This document shows, piece by piece, positions 9,816-18,569 of a stretch of DNA of 64,000 nucleotides. Made by a program: the position numbers and the translations under genes. A model generated the notes under the pieces. The model saw only the letters and a list, made by a program, of their open reading frames with translations, was not told where the DNA came from and did not search any database. The DNA is from an uncultured Dehalococcoidia bacterium (lineage in GTDB: Bacteria > Chloroflexota > Dehalococcoidia > Lucifugimonadales > UBA3495), in assembly GCA_950072105.1 (NCBI GenBank), contig CATMOE010000006.1:24755-88754 (forward strand). Reading direction: 5' to 3'. Within the stretch, counting starts at the first letter, position 1, and every line of letters begins with the position of its first letter.

Positions 9816-11174
9816 ATGGCTACGAAAACCAAGGGCCGGTTCGTCGACGGACTTGTGGATCTGAAGGCCGGCCAGATCAGCCGGGAGATCTTCGTTAACG
9901 AGGAGATCTACGCCGAAGAGCAGGAACAGGTCTTTACCCGCGCCTGGTTGTTCATCGGCCACGAATCCCAGGTTCCCAAGCCCGGAGACTACTTCGTCTC
10001 CTGCATGGGAGAAGAGTCGGTCATTCTCTGCCGGGGCCGGGATGGGGCTCTGCATGTCTTCCTGAACTCTTGCAGGCACCGGGGCATGAAGGTGTGCCGC
10101 TACGACGAAGGCAACACCCCCGTATTCACCTGCCCCTACCACGGCTGGAGCTACGCCACCGACGGCAAGCTGGTGGGTGTTCCCTTCTTCAAAGACGCTT
10201 ACCATGAAAAGCTGGACAAATCCAAGTGGGGCCTGGTTGAAGTAGCTCAGATGGAGGTCTACAAAGGCTCGATCTGGGCTACCTGGGACCCGTCGGCGCC
10301 CCCTTTCACCGAATATCTGGGTGACTTTAAGATGTTCTTCGACCTGTCCCTTGAGGCCTGGAATGGGACCGATGAGCCATTGGAGGTCATCGGCGGGGTC
10401 CAGAAATGGCTCATCCCCTGCAACTGGAAGTTCCCGGCGGAGAATTTCAGCGGAGATAGCTACCACAACATCAGCCACCGATCAGCCGACATGGTGGGAA
10501 TCGGGCCCAGCGGCACCGGTCGCAGGGATACCCAAGAGCGAGCCGACTCCCACCGCCTGCAAGTCTCCTTCCCCGACCGGGGACACCAGACAGGGATCTA
10601 CGTTCTGCCCGGCGGCTCTCCCACCGCGGCTTCGTATCAACAATCTCCTGAGGTCGCCGATTATTTCCGCGAGGCGGAGGAGAAACGGAGGGCCATTAAA
10701 GGCGAGTGGGGCCGGGTTACCGGCAGTCCCGGGGAGATATTCCCCAACACCGCCCTGCATCCGAGGCAACCCCGGTCCATCGCCGTCTGGCACCCCAGGG
10801 GCGCCCACCAAACAGAAGTGTGGCGCTGGTACTTCGTGGACGCAGGCGCTCCCTATGCGGTCAAAGACTTCTTGCGCCAGTACTACATCCGGTATTCAGG
10901 GCCGGGAGGTCTTACGGAACAGGACGACATGGAGAACTGGAACTACGCCCATTCCGCCAGCAGGGGAACCATCGCCAGGCGGCACCCTTACAGCTACGAG
11001 CAGGGCATGGGGTCCGAGCAGACCAATTTTGAGTTAGACGGACTCAAGATTCCCGGCACCGTAATGGACCTAACTGAGGCCAGATCCAGCGAGCAAAATC
11101 TACGAAATTTCTACAAGAGATGGGCCGAGTTCATGGACGCTCCCAACTGGAACGAACTAGCCGGCTGGAGATAG
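9816..11174 (+). CDS. Aromatic ring-hydroxylating dioxygenase alpha subunit, copy 2
   Basis: CRHRG...CPYHGW; DSYHNISH; EQDDMENW; intact C-terminal NWNEL. Confidence 0.93.
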   Translation: MATKTKGRFVDGLVDLKAGQISREIFVNEEIYAEEQEQVFTRAWLFIGHESQVPKPGDYFVSCMGEESVILCRGRDGALHVFLNSCRHRGMKVCRYDEGNTPVFTCPYHGWSYATDGKLVGVPFFKDAYHEKLDKSKWGLVEVAQMEVYKGSIWATWDPSAPPFTEYLGDFKMFFDLSLEAWNGTDEPLEVIGGVQKWLIPCNWKFPAENFSGDSYHNISHRSADMVGIGPSGTGRRDTQERADSHRLQVSFPDRGHQTGIYVLPGGSPTAASYQQSPEVADYFREAEEKRRAIKGEWGRVTGSPGEIFPNTALHPRQPRSIAVWHPRGAHQTEVWRWYFVDAGAPYAVKDFLRQYYIRYSGPGGLTEQDDMENWNYAHSASRGTIARRHPYSYEQGMGSEQTNFELDGLKIPGTVMDLTEARSSEQNLRNFYKRWAEFMDAPNWNELAGWR

Positions 11175-11182
11175 AGGTCCGT

Positions 11183-11221
11183 TCTCTCCCCCTTCGTCGG
11201 GGAGAGAGTTAGAGAGGGGGG
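11183..11221. repeat. Palindromic repeat family A
   Basis: TCTCTCCCC-CTTCGTC-GGGGAGAGA followed by GTTAGAGAGGGGGG. Confidence 0.7.
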
Positions 11222-11271
11222 CGCCCCCGCTGATCCACGCGAATCCCATCACTTGGGGCAGAGAGGCAAAC

Positions 11272-11484
11272 TTGGCAGAAGTAGTCAACGTGCGGCTTTT
11301 AAAGGCCGGGGACAAATTAAAGATTTCCCACGAAGCCACCGTCGTGGTGGTTTCCAACCCAATGGACGGCGTCTGGATCTTCGCCCGTTACCTCTCCTCG
11401 CTCGAAGACCCTTCCCTGGAGGGCACGGAAGACATGATATTTGCTCAAGATATCAAAGAGGTCCTAGAAATATCGGGGAACTGA
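11272..11484 (+). CDS. Small hypothetical protein (70 aa, beta-rich)
   Basis: GAGG RBS, TTG start, protein-like composition, co-oriented in the cluster. Confidence 0.6.
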   Translation: MAEVVNVRLLKAGDKLKISHEATVVVVSNPMDGVWIFARYLSSLEDPSLEGTEDMIFAQDIKEVLEISGN

Positions 11485-11494
11485 TGCGGGGTGT

Positions 11495-11559
11495 CTTTCG
11501 ACAGGCTCAGGACGAACGGAAAACGGATCCTTACCGTTCGTATTAAGCCTGTCGAAGGG
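11495..11559. repeat. REP-like family B, inverted doublet
   Basis: TTCGACAGGCTCAGGACGAACGG...CCGTTCGTATTAAGCCTGTCGAAG. Confidence 0.75.
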
Positions 11560-11578
11560 CATCCTTTCTGGATGTTGA

Positions 11579-11806
11579 ATGTCCTTCGATCAAAACGGTA
11601 AACCCACGCTGACACCAACCCAAGACGTGCTCCGGGCGGCCTTTACCGCGGGGTTCCAGTCCATCGACGACGGGTATACCTTTTACGCAGGCTTCGATTC
11701 CCACCTAGAAAGCAACGGCTACGCCAAGCGGGAAGATATCCCGTGCACTTGTCCCGACCATGGAGGGCACGGCCATATGCCCGAGTGCCGTTGGGTCAAG
11801 GCGTAG
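11579..11806 (+). CDS. Small Cys/His-rich hypothetical protein
   Basis: 75 aa; C-terminal CTCPDHGGHGHMPECRW. Confidence 0.55.
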   Translation: MSFDQNGKPTLTPTQDVLRAAFTAGFQSIDDGYTFYAGFDSHLESNGYAKREDIPCTCPDHGGHGHMPECRWVKA

Positions 11807-11898
11807 AGGTTCAGGCGTCCCCGCCATCGCATCCCCTCGTTATCGTATAATGTGCCCCAAACCCGCCCCAATCACGACACAGTTCCCAGGAGGCAACA

Positions 11899-13599
11899 AT
11901 GGCTAGAGAACTCGTGGACGGTGGAGAAGCCGTCTTAGAGGCGTTCCGGAATCTGGACATCGACTATATAATCGCGTCCCCCGGCTCCGATTGGCCGTCG
12001 GTATGGGAGGCCCTCGCCCGGCAGAAGATAAACGAGTCCGACGGACCCCGTTACATCGACACCTGGCATGAGACCCTAGCCGTGACCATGGCCATGGGCT
12101 ATACCCGGGTGACCGGCAAGTTGCAGGCGGTTCTGTTGCACGCCGGAGTGGGACTGCTGCAGGGCTCCCTGGGCATTCACGGCGCCTACCAAGGCGAGGT
12201 GCCCATGCTGATCTGCTCCGGTGAATCAATCACCAATGGTGAGGACCCCGATTTCGATCCCGGCGGCCAGTGGTACCGGGGGCTGAACGTGGTTGGCGGA
12301 GCAGACCGGTGGGTTGAACCTTTCACCAAGTGGAGCAGCCACGTATCGACTCACTTTAATCTCTACGAGTCGATAACCAGGGCCGGCGAGATGGCCCAGC
12401 GGCTGCCCAAAGGCCCAACATTCCTGGACATCCCCATGGAAGTCATGCTTCCCGCCTGGACTCCTCCGGCGAGAATAGGCAAGATTCCAGCGCCGCCGAA
12501 GATCCATTCCGAAGCGTCTGCCATAGATGAAGTCGCCGGATTGTTGGCCGGAGCGTCTGCCCCAGTAATCATCACCGAATCCGCCGGAAGGGACGTGGAG
12601 GCTTTCCATCAGATGGTCAGGCTCGCGGAATTGTTGTCGATACCGGTGGTGGAATCGGGTCCTGGCTACGCCAACTTCCCCAAGGACCATCCCATGTACC
12701 AGGGGACCAACGTAAACCGGTTCAAAGACACCTCCGACGTGATCCTGTTGGTGGGAAGCAAGACCCCCTGGTATCCGCCGTCCGCCGGTCCCGCCACGGG
12801 TACGGTGATCTCCATTGATGAGTATCCTCTGAAAGAGCATCTGACCTACCAAGCCCTTCATGCCAATATCTACCTGGAAGGCGACATAGGCGTAACGGTT
12901 AAGCTGCTAGCCGATGCCGTGGAGTCCAACGGCGGTCTCAACGCTGAGGCGATCTCAGCAAGAAAGACCCAATGGGAGGCCGAGCACGACAAGGCGACCG
13001 AAAGTAACCGCGCCGCCGTCGAGGCAGCCAGATCTAAAGGCCCCATCGACCCAGTATGGTTGTGCGCCGCTATCAGCGAGGTGATGCCCGACGACGCCAC
13101 CTACGTTGAGGAAACCATCACCCACCGGGGCGCCATCCTGCGGCACATCGCTTGGAACACTCCTCAACGCTACTTCCACCCCAATGGCGGACTGGGCCAG
13201 GGATTGGGCACGGCCCTAGGCGTCAAACTTGCCAAGCCCGACTCCCCGGTAGTCGCTCTGATGGGCGATGGCTCCTTCCTATACAACCCCGTCGTTCAGA
13301 GTTTCGGCGTATCTGCCGCGGAAAACCTGCCCATCCTGATAATAGTTTTCAACAATGGCAAGTATGCGGCGATGCAGAATCTGCACCTGCAGTTTTACCC
13401 CGAGGGGATAGCCGCCAAGACCGGCATCCATCACGGAGTGGACATCCCCGGCCCCAACTACGCCGACCTGGTGACGCCCTTCGGCGGCCACAGCGAACGG
13501 GTGGAAGACCCCAACGAACTCAAGCCTGCTCTGGAACGCGCCTTAGCTGCGGTAAATGGTGGAACCACCGCAGTCGTCAACGTGATCGTGAGCATCTAG
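11899..13599 (+). CDS. Thiamine-diphosphate-dependent enzyme (acetolactate synthase/benzoylformate decarboxylase-like)
   Basis: PGSD, HE, GYTRVTG; TPP motif GDGSF...NN; AGGAGG RBS. Confidence 0.9.
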   Translation: MARELVDGGEAVLEAFRNLDIDYIIASPGSDWPSVWEALARQKINESDGPRYIDTWHETLAVTMAMGYTRVTGKLQAVLLHAGVGLLQGSLGIHGAYQGEVPMLICSGESITNGEDPDFDPGGQWYRGLNVVGGADRWVEPFTKWSSHVSTHFNLYESITRAGEMAQRLPKGPTFLDIPMEVMLPAWTPPARIGKIPAPPKIHSEASAIDEVAGLLAGASAPVIITESAGRDVEAFHQMVRLAELLSIPVVESGPGYANFPKDHPMYQGTNVNRFKDTSDVILLVGSKTPWYPPSAGPATGTVISIDEYPLKEHLTYQALHANIYLEGDIGVTVKLLADAVESNGGLNAEAISARKTQWEAEHDKATESNRAAVEAARSKGPIDPVWLCAAISEVMPDDATYVEETITHRGAILRHIAWNTPQRYFHPNGGLGQGLGTALGVKLAKPDSPVVALMGDGSFLYNPVVQSFGVSAAENLPILIIVFNNGKYAAMQNLHLQFYPEGIAAKTGIHHGVDIPGPNYADLVTPFGGHSERVEDPNELKPALERALAAVNGGTTAVVNVIVSI

Positions 13600-13666
13600 G
13601 TTCAGTGCGGCCAGGGCTCTCTCGTGCGGCCTGCCCATCTCTGGAAGTGTAGTCCATGAGGTGTAT

Positions 13667-13704
13667 CACCCCATCCTAACCTTCCCCCTTCGAGGGGGAA
13701 GGGA
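13667..13704. repeat. Palindromic repeat family A
   Basis: CACCCCATCCTAACCTTCCCCCT-TCG-AGGGGGAAGGGA. Confidence 0.75.
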
Positions 13705-13785
13705 TTTTTGGGTGCCCTTCTTCGCATCATAAACCGCGTAACGTTATGTCAACAATGTTTATTCAACCAACAAATGAGTCCCTTC

Positions 13786-14733
13786 ATGCCAGATGACATA
13801 CCCTCGGAAGCCCAGGTATTGGAGTGGATGGAGACCCTATCCAACTGGGGCCGCTGGGGCGACGACGACCAGATGGGCTGTCCGAATCTGATCACGCCAG
13901 CCAAGCGGCAACAAGCGGCCAGTCTGGTGCGGGATGGCGTTGCCGTTAGCTGTGCCCGGCCCATCGTCACCGACTTGACGCCCGACATCTCCCATCAGGT
14001 CCAGCGCTACATGGTGGACAGCGGTGAAGGACGGGATACCGACCCGGAAGAGCGCCGCTTAGTGCGCCGGGGGGCGGCCGAGTTCATCGGCATGGTATTT
14101 CACGGCCGGACCATCACTCACATCGACGCCCTATCCCACTACTCGTGGCGAGGCAAGCTGTACAACGGCAAGCCGGCCAGTCAGATAACCTCCCGGGAGG
14201 GCGCCCAGACCCACTCCATCGAGGTAGCCTCGGACGGTATCGTCACCCGCGGTGTGCTGTTGGATATCCCGGCAGTTCGTGGCATATCCTGGGTGCCGCC
14301 GGAAGAGCCGGTGATGCCCCAGGATCTGGAGGCCGCCGAGCGGGCGCAAGGAGTGCGGGTCGAGGAAGGAGACATTCTTCTGGTGCGCACCGGCAATTAC
14401 CGGAAGCGGTTAGACACGGGACCGGTACCCAACACGGAACCGTCCACGGCCTGCCAGGTAGCCTGCACTCCCTGGTTCAAAGAGCGGGGCGTGGCCATGC
14501 TGGGCACGGACACCTCCAACGACTGCCAACCCAGCCACTACGCCACGGTTACGGCGCCGCTGCATACGGTTTCTCTGGTGACCTTGGGCCTGTGGCTGAT
14601 CGACAACGCCAACCTGGAGGAGCTAAGCCAAGCCTGCGCCCAGCGTCAGCGGTACGAGTTCATGCTGACCCTGGGGCCCTTGCGGCTGCGGATCGTCACC
14701 GGTTCCCCGGTGAATCCGATAGCCCTGTTTTAA
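13786..14733 (+). CDS. Cyclase family metallo-hydrolase (kynurenine formamidase-like); start approximate
   Basis: NWGRWG, HG..THIDALSH, GDILLVRTG, GSPVNPIA. Confidence 0.88.
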   Translation: MPDDIPSEAQVLEWMETLSNWGRWGDDDQMGCPNLITPAKRQQAASLVRDGVAVSCARPIVTDLTPDISHQVQRYMVDSGEGRDTDPEERRLVRRGAAEFIGMVFHGRTITHIDALSHYSWRGKLYNGKPASQITSREGAQTHSIEVASDGIVTRGVLLDIPAVRGISWVPPEEPVMPQDLEAAERAQGVRVEEGDILLVRTGNYRKRLDTGPVPNTEPSTACQVACTPWFKERGVAMLGTDTSNDCQPSHYATVTAPLHTVSLVTLGLWLIDNANLEELSQACAQRQRYEFMLTLGPLRLRIVTGSPVNPIALF

Positions 14734-14765
14734 TTCCCGGCTGAGGGCACTTCCTCGGCCTTGCC

Positions 14766-16064
14766 TCACGACAGCCCTGGAATAAAGGGCTTCACTATCG
14801 ACAAGACGATCGAGACCGCGAAGAGCAACGCTCCCACTATAAGCACGGTAAACGCCGGTGCGGCGAATCCTTGGGTAAGTTGCTGGCCGAAGGATAGGAC
14901 GAGGTCGCTGATCAGATTGATCGCCGGGCCTGGAATACCCGGCGCATTCGCGGTGATCTTGTCCACCCCGGTGATCAACCAATCCACCACTTTAGATTCG
15001 AGTATTTTACCGATGACAAATATCAGGCCGCCGGACACCAATAGGAAGATGCCGGGCCATCGCATCGCCGCGCTCAATTTGGGAAGGTGAAGAACGGCCA
15101 AAAGAATCGCCCCGCCGTACAACATCAGGGCCGCTAACGTGCCGCCCAAGGCCCGGTATTGCACAACCAATGCCTTGGCATCAGCCACTTCGACGCGGAT
15201 CTCTTCCTCGGTAGAATCGCTACTTGACTCGGCCAGGACCCGAATCAGGTTTAGCCGGTCACCCTCGTCCAACCGTTCACGGATCTTGGCGACAGCGTCG
15301 TCAACCAGCGGCTCGGACAAGGGCCTGGCCGCTGCTTTTAACACTCCATGGGTATCCCCGGCGACGAACGCCGCCCGGATGTCGTCCGTGGAATTACCTA
15401 ACGCCTGGGTTATCCGGCTATCCAAGGTGTCGTCGGCGAACAAGGCTGGGAAAGCTGCATCGAAGATCAGCACGCGGCACGGCTCGGCAATCACCTTGAT
15501 GGATGGCAAGGAAGCTGGTACTTGGCCTACCGCCAGATTCCGGAATACTTCTTGGTAGCCGTCACCAACACTCTTCACGGTACCGGGATTACATTCAGCG
15601 GGGCCAGGATCCGCTTCGGGAATGCCATCTATACGCCGGTCAACGTAGTCTAGCAACGTGGGTTTTATCTTATCTATCGCCGACCCCATCTCCAAGTAAA
15701 GTTCCAGAGTGTCCAAGTCTTCGTTAAAATATGCCATCGCACGCTGAATCGCGCCCTCCACCTGCGACTGCAAGTATTCCGGAGGCAGCAACCCACGGAC
15801 CAGCCCCACAACGTCCTCGGGACTCACCACTTTGACGTCCCCAAGAAGTTCTTGAACTTTGTCTTTCGCCTTTTGGTCCAGCAGAACATCGTCGTAGATC
15901 CGGTTGTAGGTATTCTGTTCCGCGATGGTATCGGTATAAAATTCGGCGTTCAGTAATTTATCGACGATATTATTCACGACCAACGTCAGCAGGAGTCCGG
16001 CGAAAATGGCGATACCCAGGATCGGAGTCGCCACGAATCGGAGAATCATTAATGGCAGGCCCAT
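14766..16064 (-). CDS. Hypothetical membrane protein (N-terminal TM, large helical extracytoplasmic domain, 3 C-terminal TMs)
   Basis: 432-aa ORF with GGAGG RBS; hydrophobicity pattern. Confidence 0.75.
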   Translation of the reverse strand: MGLPLMILRFVATPILGIAIFAGLLLTLVVNNIVDKLLNAEFYTDTIAEQNTYNRIYDDVLLDQKAKDKVQELLGDVKVVSPEDVVGLVRGLLPPEYLQSQVEGAIQRAMAYFNEDLDTLELYLEMGSAIDKIKPTLLDYVDRRIDGIPEADPGPAECNPGTVKSVGDGYQEVFRNLAVGQVPASLPSIKVIAEPCRVLIFDAAFPALFADDTLDSRITQALGNSTDDIRAAFVAGDTHGVLKAAARPLSEPLVDDAVAKIRERLDEGDRLNLIRVLAESSSDSTEEEIRVEVADAKALVVQYRALGGTLAALMLYGGAILLAVLHLPKLSAAMRWPGIFLLVSGGLIFVIGKILESKVVDWLITGVDKITANAPGIPGPAINLISDLVLSFGQQLTQGFAAPAFTVLIVGALLFAVSIVLSIVKPFIPGLS

Positions 16065-16536
16065 AACTTATGCCAACCTCCCGGTCTTATCAGTTAAGAG
16101 TTCGTACTTTAAGCTTGATTGAAAAAATACAGTGACATGGTGCGGAACAGGCACCATCCGGGATCATTGGCGCCCGACTGACGCCAGGCGTGAAACAACC
16201 CCGAATACGTCCGCATATCCGGCATTTATGGGATTGTAGCATAGCGACTTGCTTAAATCATGGCCGCAACGAGTGCTGATAGGGCTTCAGTTTGAAGGCC
16301 AGCAGACTGGTTTTAGGAACGCCCTCGATAGCTCCTCGCGTGCTTCCCCAAAAAGTTTTCCACGCAAAATAGGGAATCGATACATCATGCGGGAGTCATG
16401 GAATCAGAGGAAGGCAGTGCGGACTAAACCGTGGGGAGTGATTCACAGTATGACAATTATCGCGTCGCGAACCGGCTGAAGGCGATAAAACGGTGCGCTT
16501 CAGGCGGCATTTCGATGTGGTGTTCAGGGGCCTTCA

Positions 16537-16571
16537 TTGACACGTACATAGGCTCGTGATATGTTTCACAT
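16537..16571 (+). promoter_or_regulatory. etfBA promoter with a Rex/CRP-like palindrome over the -10
   Basis: TTGACA-N17-TATGTT; overlapping tcGTGA-tatgtt-TCACAt. Confidence 0.55.
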
Positions 16572-16606
16572 AGTCTCGATTTTGCCGATTTTAAGGGGGA
16601 ACTACC

Positions 16607-17407
16607 ATGCCGGTGAGCATCGCCGTCCTGGCCAAACAGGTCATCGACCCAGAGATGCCCATGGCCGCTTTTCGCATCGACGCCGATGCCAAAGCAGTCG
16701 TCCCACCGTCTAACATTCCTCCTGTCGTCAACGGCTTCGACGAAAACGCCGTGGAAGCGGCCTTACAGATCAAAGACTCCCAAGAAGCTTCTATAACCGT
16801 CATTTCCACGGGGACTTCTTTCGCCCTGGACGTTATGAAAAAACCCCTCTCCATGGGCGCCGACGAGTTGGTCTTGTTGCAGGACGACGCCTTCGAAAAT
16901 TCCATCGACAGTTTTTTCACCGCCCAGTTACTGGCGGCAGCGATACGCAAGCTGGGCGGGTTCGACCTGATCATCTGCGGCAGGCAAGCATCCGACTGGG
17001 ACAACGCCCAAGTCCCGTTGGGGGTAGCCGAGATATTGGGCCTTTCATGCATCTCATTGGGCAAAAAGGTGGAGATTAAGGATGGCAAGGTCTCCGTCGA
17101 ACGGATCACCAACGACGGCTATGAAGTAGTGGAGGCGCCTCTCCCGGCTCTGGTTACCGTGAGTAACGAATTGGGCCAACCTCGCTACCCCACTCTGCGA
17201 GGCATCATGGCCGCCACCAGGAAGCAGCCTACTATCTGGAGTTCCTCCGACCTAGGCGCCGACGCCTCCCAACTAGAGCCCAGGGTCACGTTACAAGAAC
17301 TGTTCGTGCCAGTGCGCGATCAACAATGTGAAATCATCGAAGGAGATGACGCTGCCGATGCCGGAAGGCAACTGGCGCTGAAACTCCGCGAGGCCAAGCT
17401 GATCTAG
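16607..17407 (+). CDS. etfB: Electron transfer flavoprotein beta subunit
   Basis: KQVID, FDENAVEAAL, SMGAD, CGRQASD, PRYPTLRGIM. Confidence 0.95.
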   Translation: MPVSIAVLAKQVIDPEMPMAAFRIDADAKAVVPPSNIPPVVNGFDENAVEAALQIKDSQEASITVISTGTSFALDVMKKPLSMGADELVLLQDDAFENSIDSFFTAQLLAAAIRKLGGFDLIICGRQASDWDNAQVPLGVAEILGLSCISLGKKVEIKDGKVSVERITNDGYEVVEAPLPALVTVSNELGQPRYPTLRGIMAATRKQPTIWSSSDLGADASQLEPRVTLQELFVPVRDQQCEIIEGDDAADAGRQLALKLREAKLI

Positions 17408-17408
17408 C

Positions 17409-17440
17409 CAGCCGTCAGCTTTTGGCGGTCAGCTATCAGG
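17409..17440 (+). repeat. Heptamer tandem repeat (CAGCnnT)n
   Basis: CAGCCGT CAGCTTT TGGCGGT CAGCTAT CAGG directly after the etfB stop. Confidence 0.6.
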
Positions 17441-17460
17441 ACAAGAATCCATTTCAAAAA

Positions 17461-17526
17461 GTGGTTCGACGAGCTCGCCACGAACGGAAACTGAAAACTT
17501 TGCCGTTCGTCCTGAGCCTGTCGAAG
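17461..17526. repeat. REP-like family B, inverted doublet between etfB and etfA
   Basis: GGTTCGACGAGCTCGCCACGAACGG...CCGTTCGTCCTGAGCCTGTCGAAG. Confidence 0.75.
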
Positions 17527-17546
17527 AACACAGAGGCGGAGGTAAC

Positions 17547-18545
17547 ATGGCGGACGAATCGGGCGTATTGGTCCTGGGTGATTCAACGGGCGGCGAGCTT
17601 AGCTCCACGTCCAGAGAACTGCTGACGGCCGGCCGCAAAGCAGCCGACGACTTGGGCGAAGAGTTGGCCATCGGATTGCTGGGCGACACATTGGACCAAC
17701 CGTCCCAACAGGCCATCAGTTATGGGGCCGACAAAGTCTACGCGGTTACCCATCCCCAATTGGCCCAATACCAAGTGGACCTTTACCTAGCCGCGATGGA
17801 AGCCCTCTGCCGGGACGTGTCCCCGCGCGTCGTATTGATCGGGCGAACCAACGAAGGAAGGGAGCTTGCCCCTCGGCTGGCGTTCCGGTTGGGCGTCGGA
17901 TTGGCCCAAGATTGTCTGGAGATATCGATCGATGCCGGGTCGAAGACCCTGCTGGCCAACCGCCCGGTTTATGGCGGCAACGCCATCGCGGTGGTTCGGT
18001 GCAACTACACTCCTCAGATCGCCGCCATCCGCCCCAAGGTCTACGAGCCCTTGGACCCTGACTCCTCAAGACAGGGCCAGGTTGTGTCTTTCCCAGTGGA
18101 GTTGGACCCCTCCCAGGCCCGCAGCCAGGTGGTCAACGTGGTGGAGGAAGCGGCCGAGGGAGTTAAGCTGGAGGATGCGCGCGTCGTGGTCTCCGGCGGT
18201 CGCGGTTTGGGCGGACCCGAGCCTTTCCAGGACCTGGAAATTCTGGCCAAGCTGTTGGGTGGCGCCGTGGGCGCGTCCCGGGCGGCGGTAGACTCCGGCT
18301 GGGTCCCTTCTAGCTACCAGGTTGGCCTGACGGGTAAGACCATTACCCCCGAGGTGTATATCACCGTAGCCATCTCCGGGGCCAGTCAGCACATGGCGGG
18401 CTGCTCCGGCGCCAAGGTCATCGTCGCCATCAACAAAGACGCGGAATCCAATATCTTCAAGGAAGCCCGTTATGGCGTTGTTGGGGATTGGGAGCACGTG
18501 GTGCCCGCTTTCACCGAGGCGGTCCGCGAACTGACCCAGAGCTAA
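17547..18545 (+). CDS. etfA: Electron transfer flavoprotein alpha subunit
   Basis: RPVYGG, VSGGRG, GASRAAVD, QVGLTGK, ISGASQH, AINKD. Confidence 0.95.
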   Translation: MADESGVLVLGDSTGGELSSTSRELLTAGRKAADDLGEELAIGLLGDTLDQPSQQAISYGADKVYAVTHPQLAQYQVDLYLAAMEALCRDVSPRVVLIGRTNEGRELAPRLAFRLGVGLAQDCLEISIDAGSKTLLANRPVYGGNAIAVVRCNYTPQIAAIRPKVYEPLDPDSSRQGQVVSFPVELDPSQARSQVVNVVEEAAEGVKLEDARVVVSGGRGLGGPEPFQDLEILAKLLGGAVGASRAAVDSGWVPSSYQVGLTGKTITPEVYITVAISGASQHMAGCSGAKVIVAINKDAESNIFKEARYGVVGDWEHVVPAFTEAVRELTQS

Positions 18546-18569
18546 GACAGCACCTGGAGGGGTTATGCC

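Noticed and set aside
16178..16196. Hammerhead-like CTGACG...GAAAC
   Set aside because: A9 is missing and stem II would need a 1-nt loop
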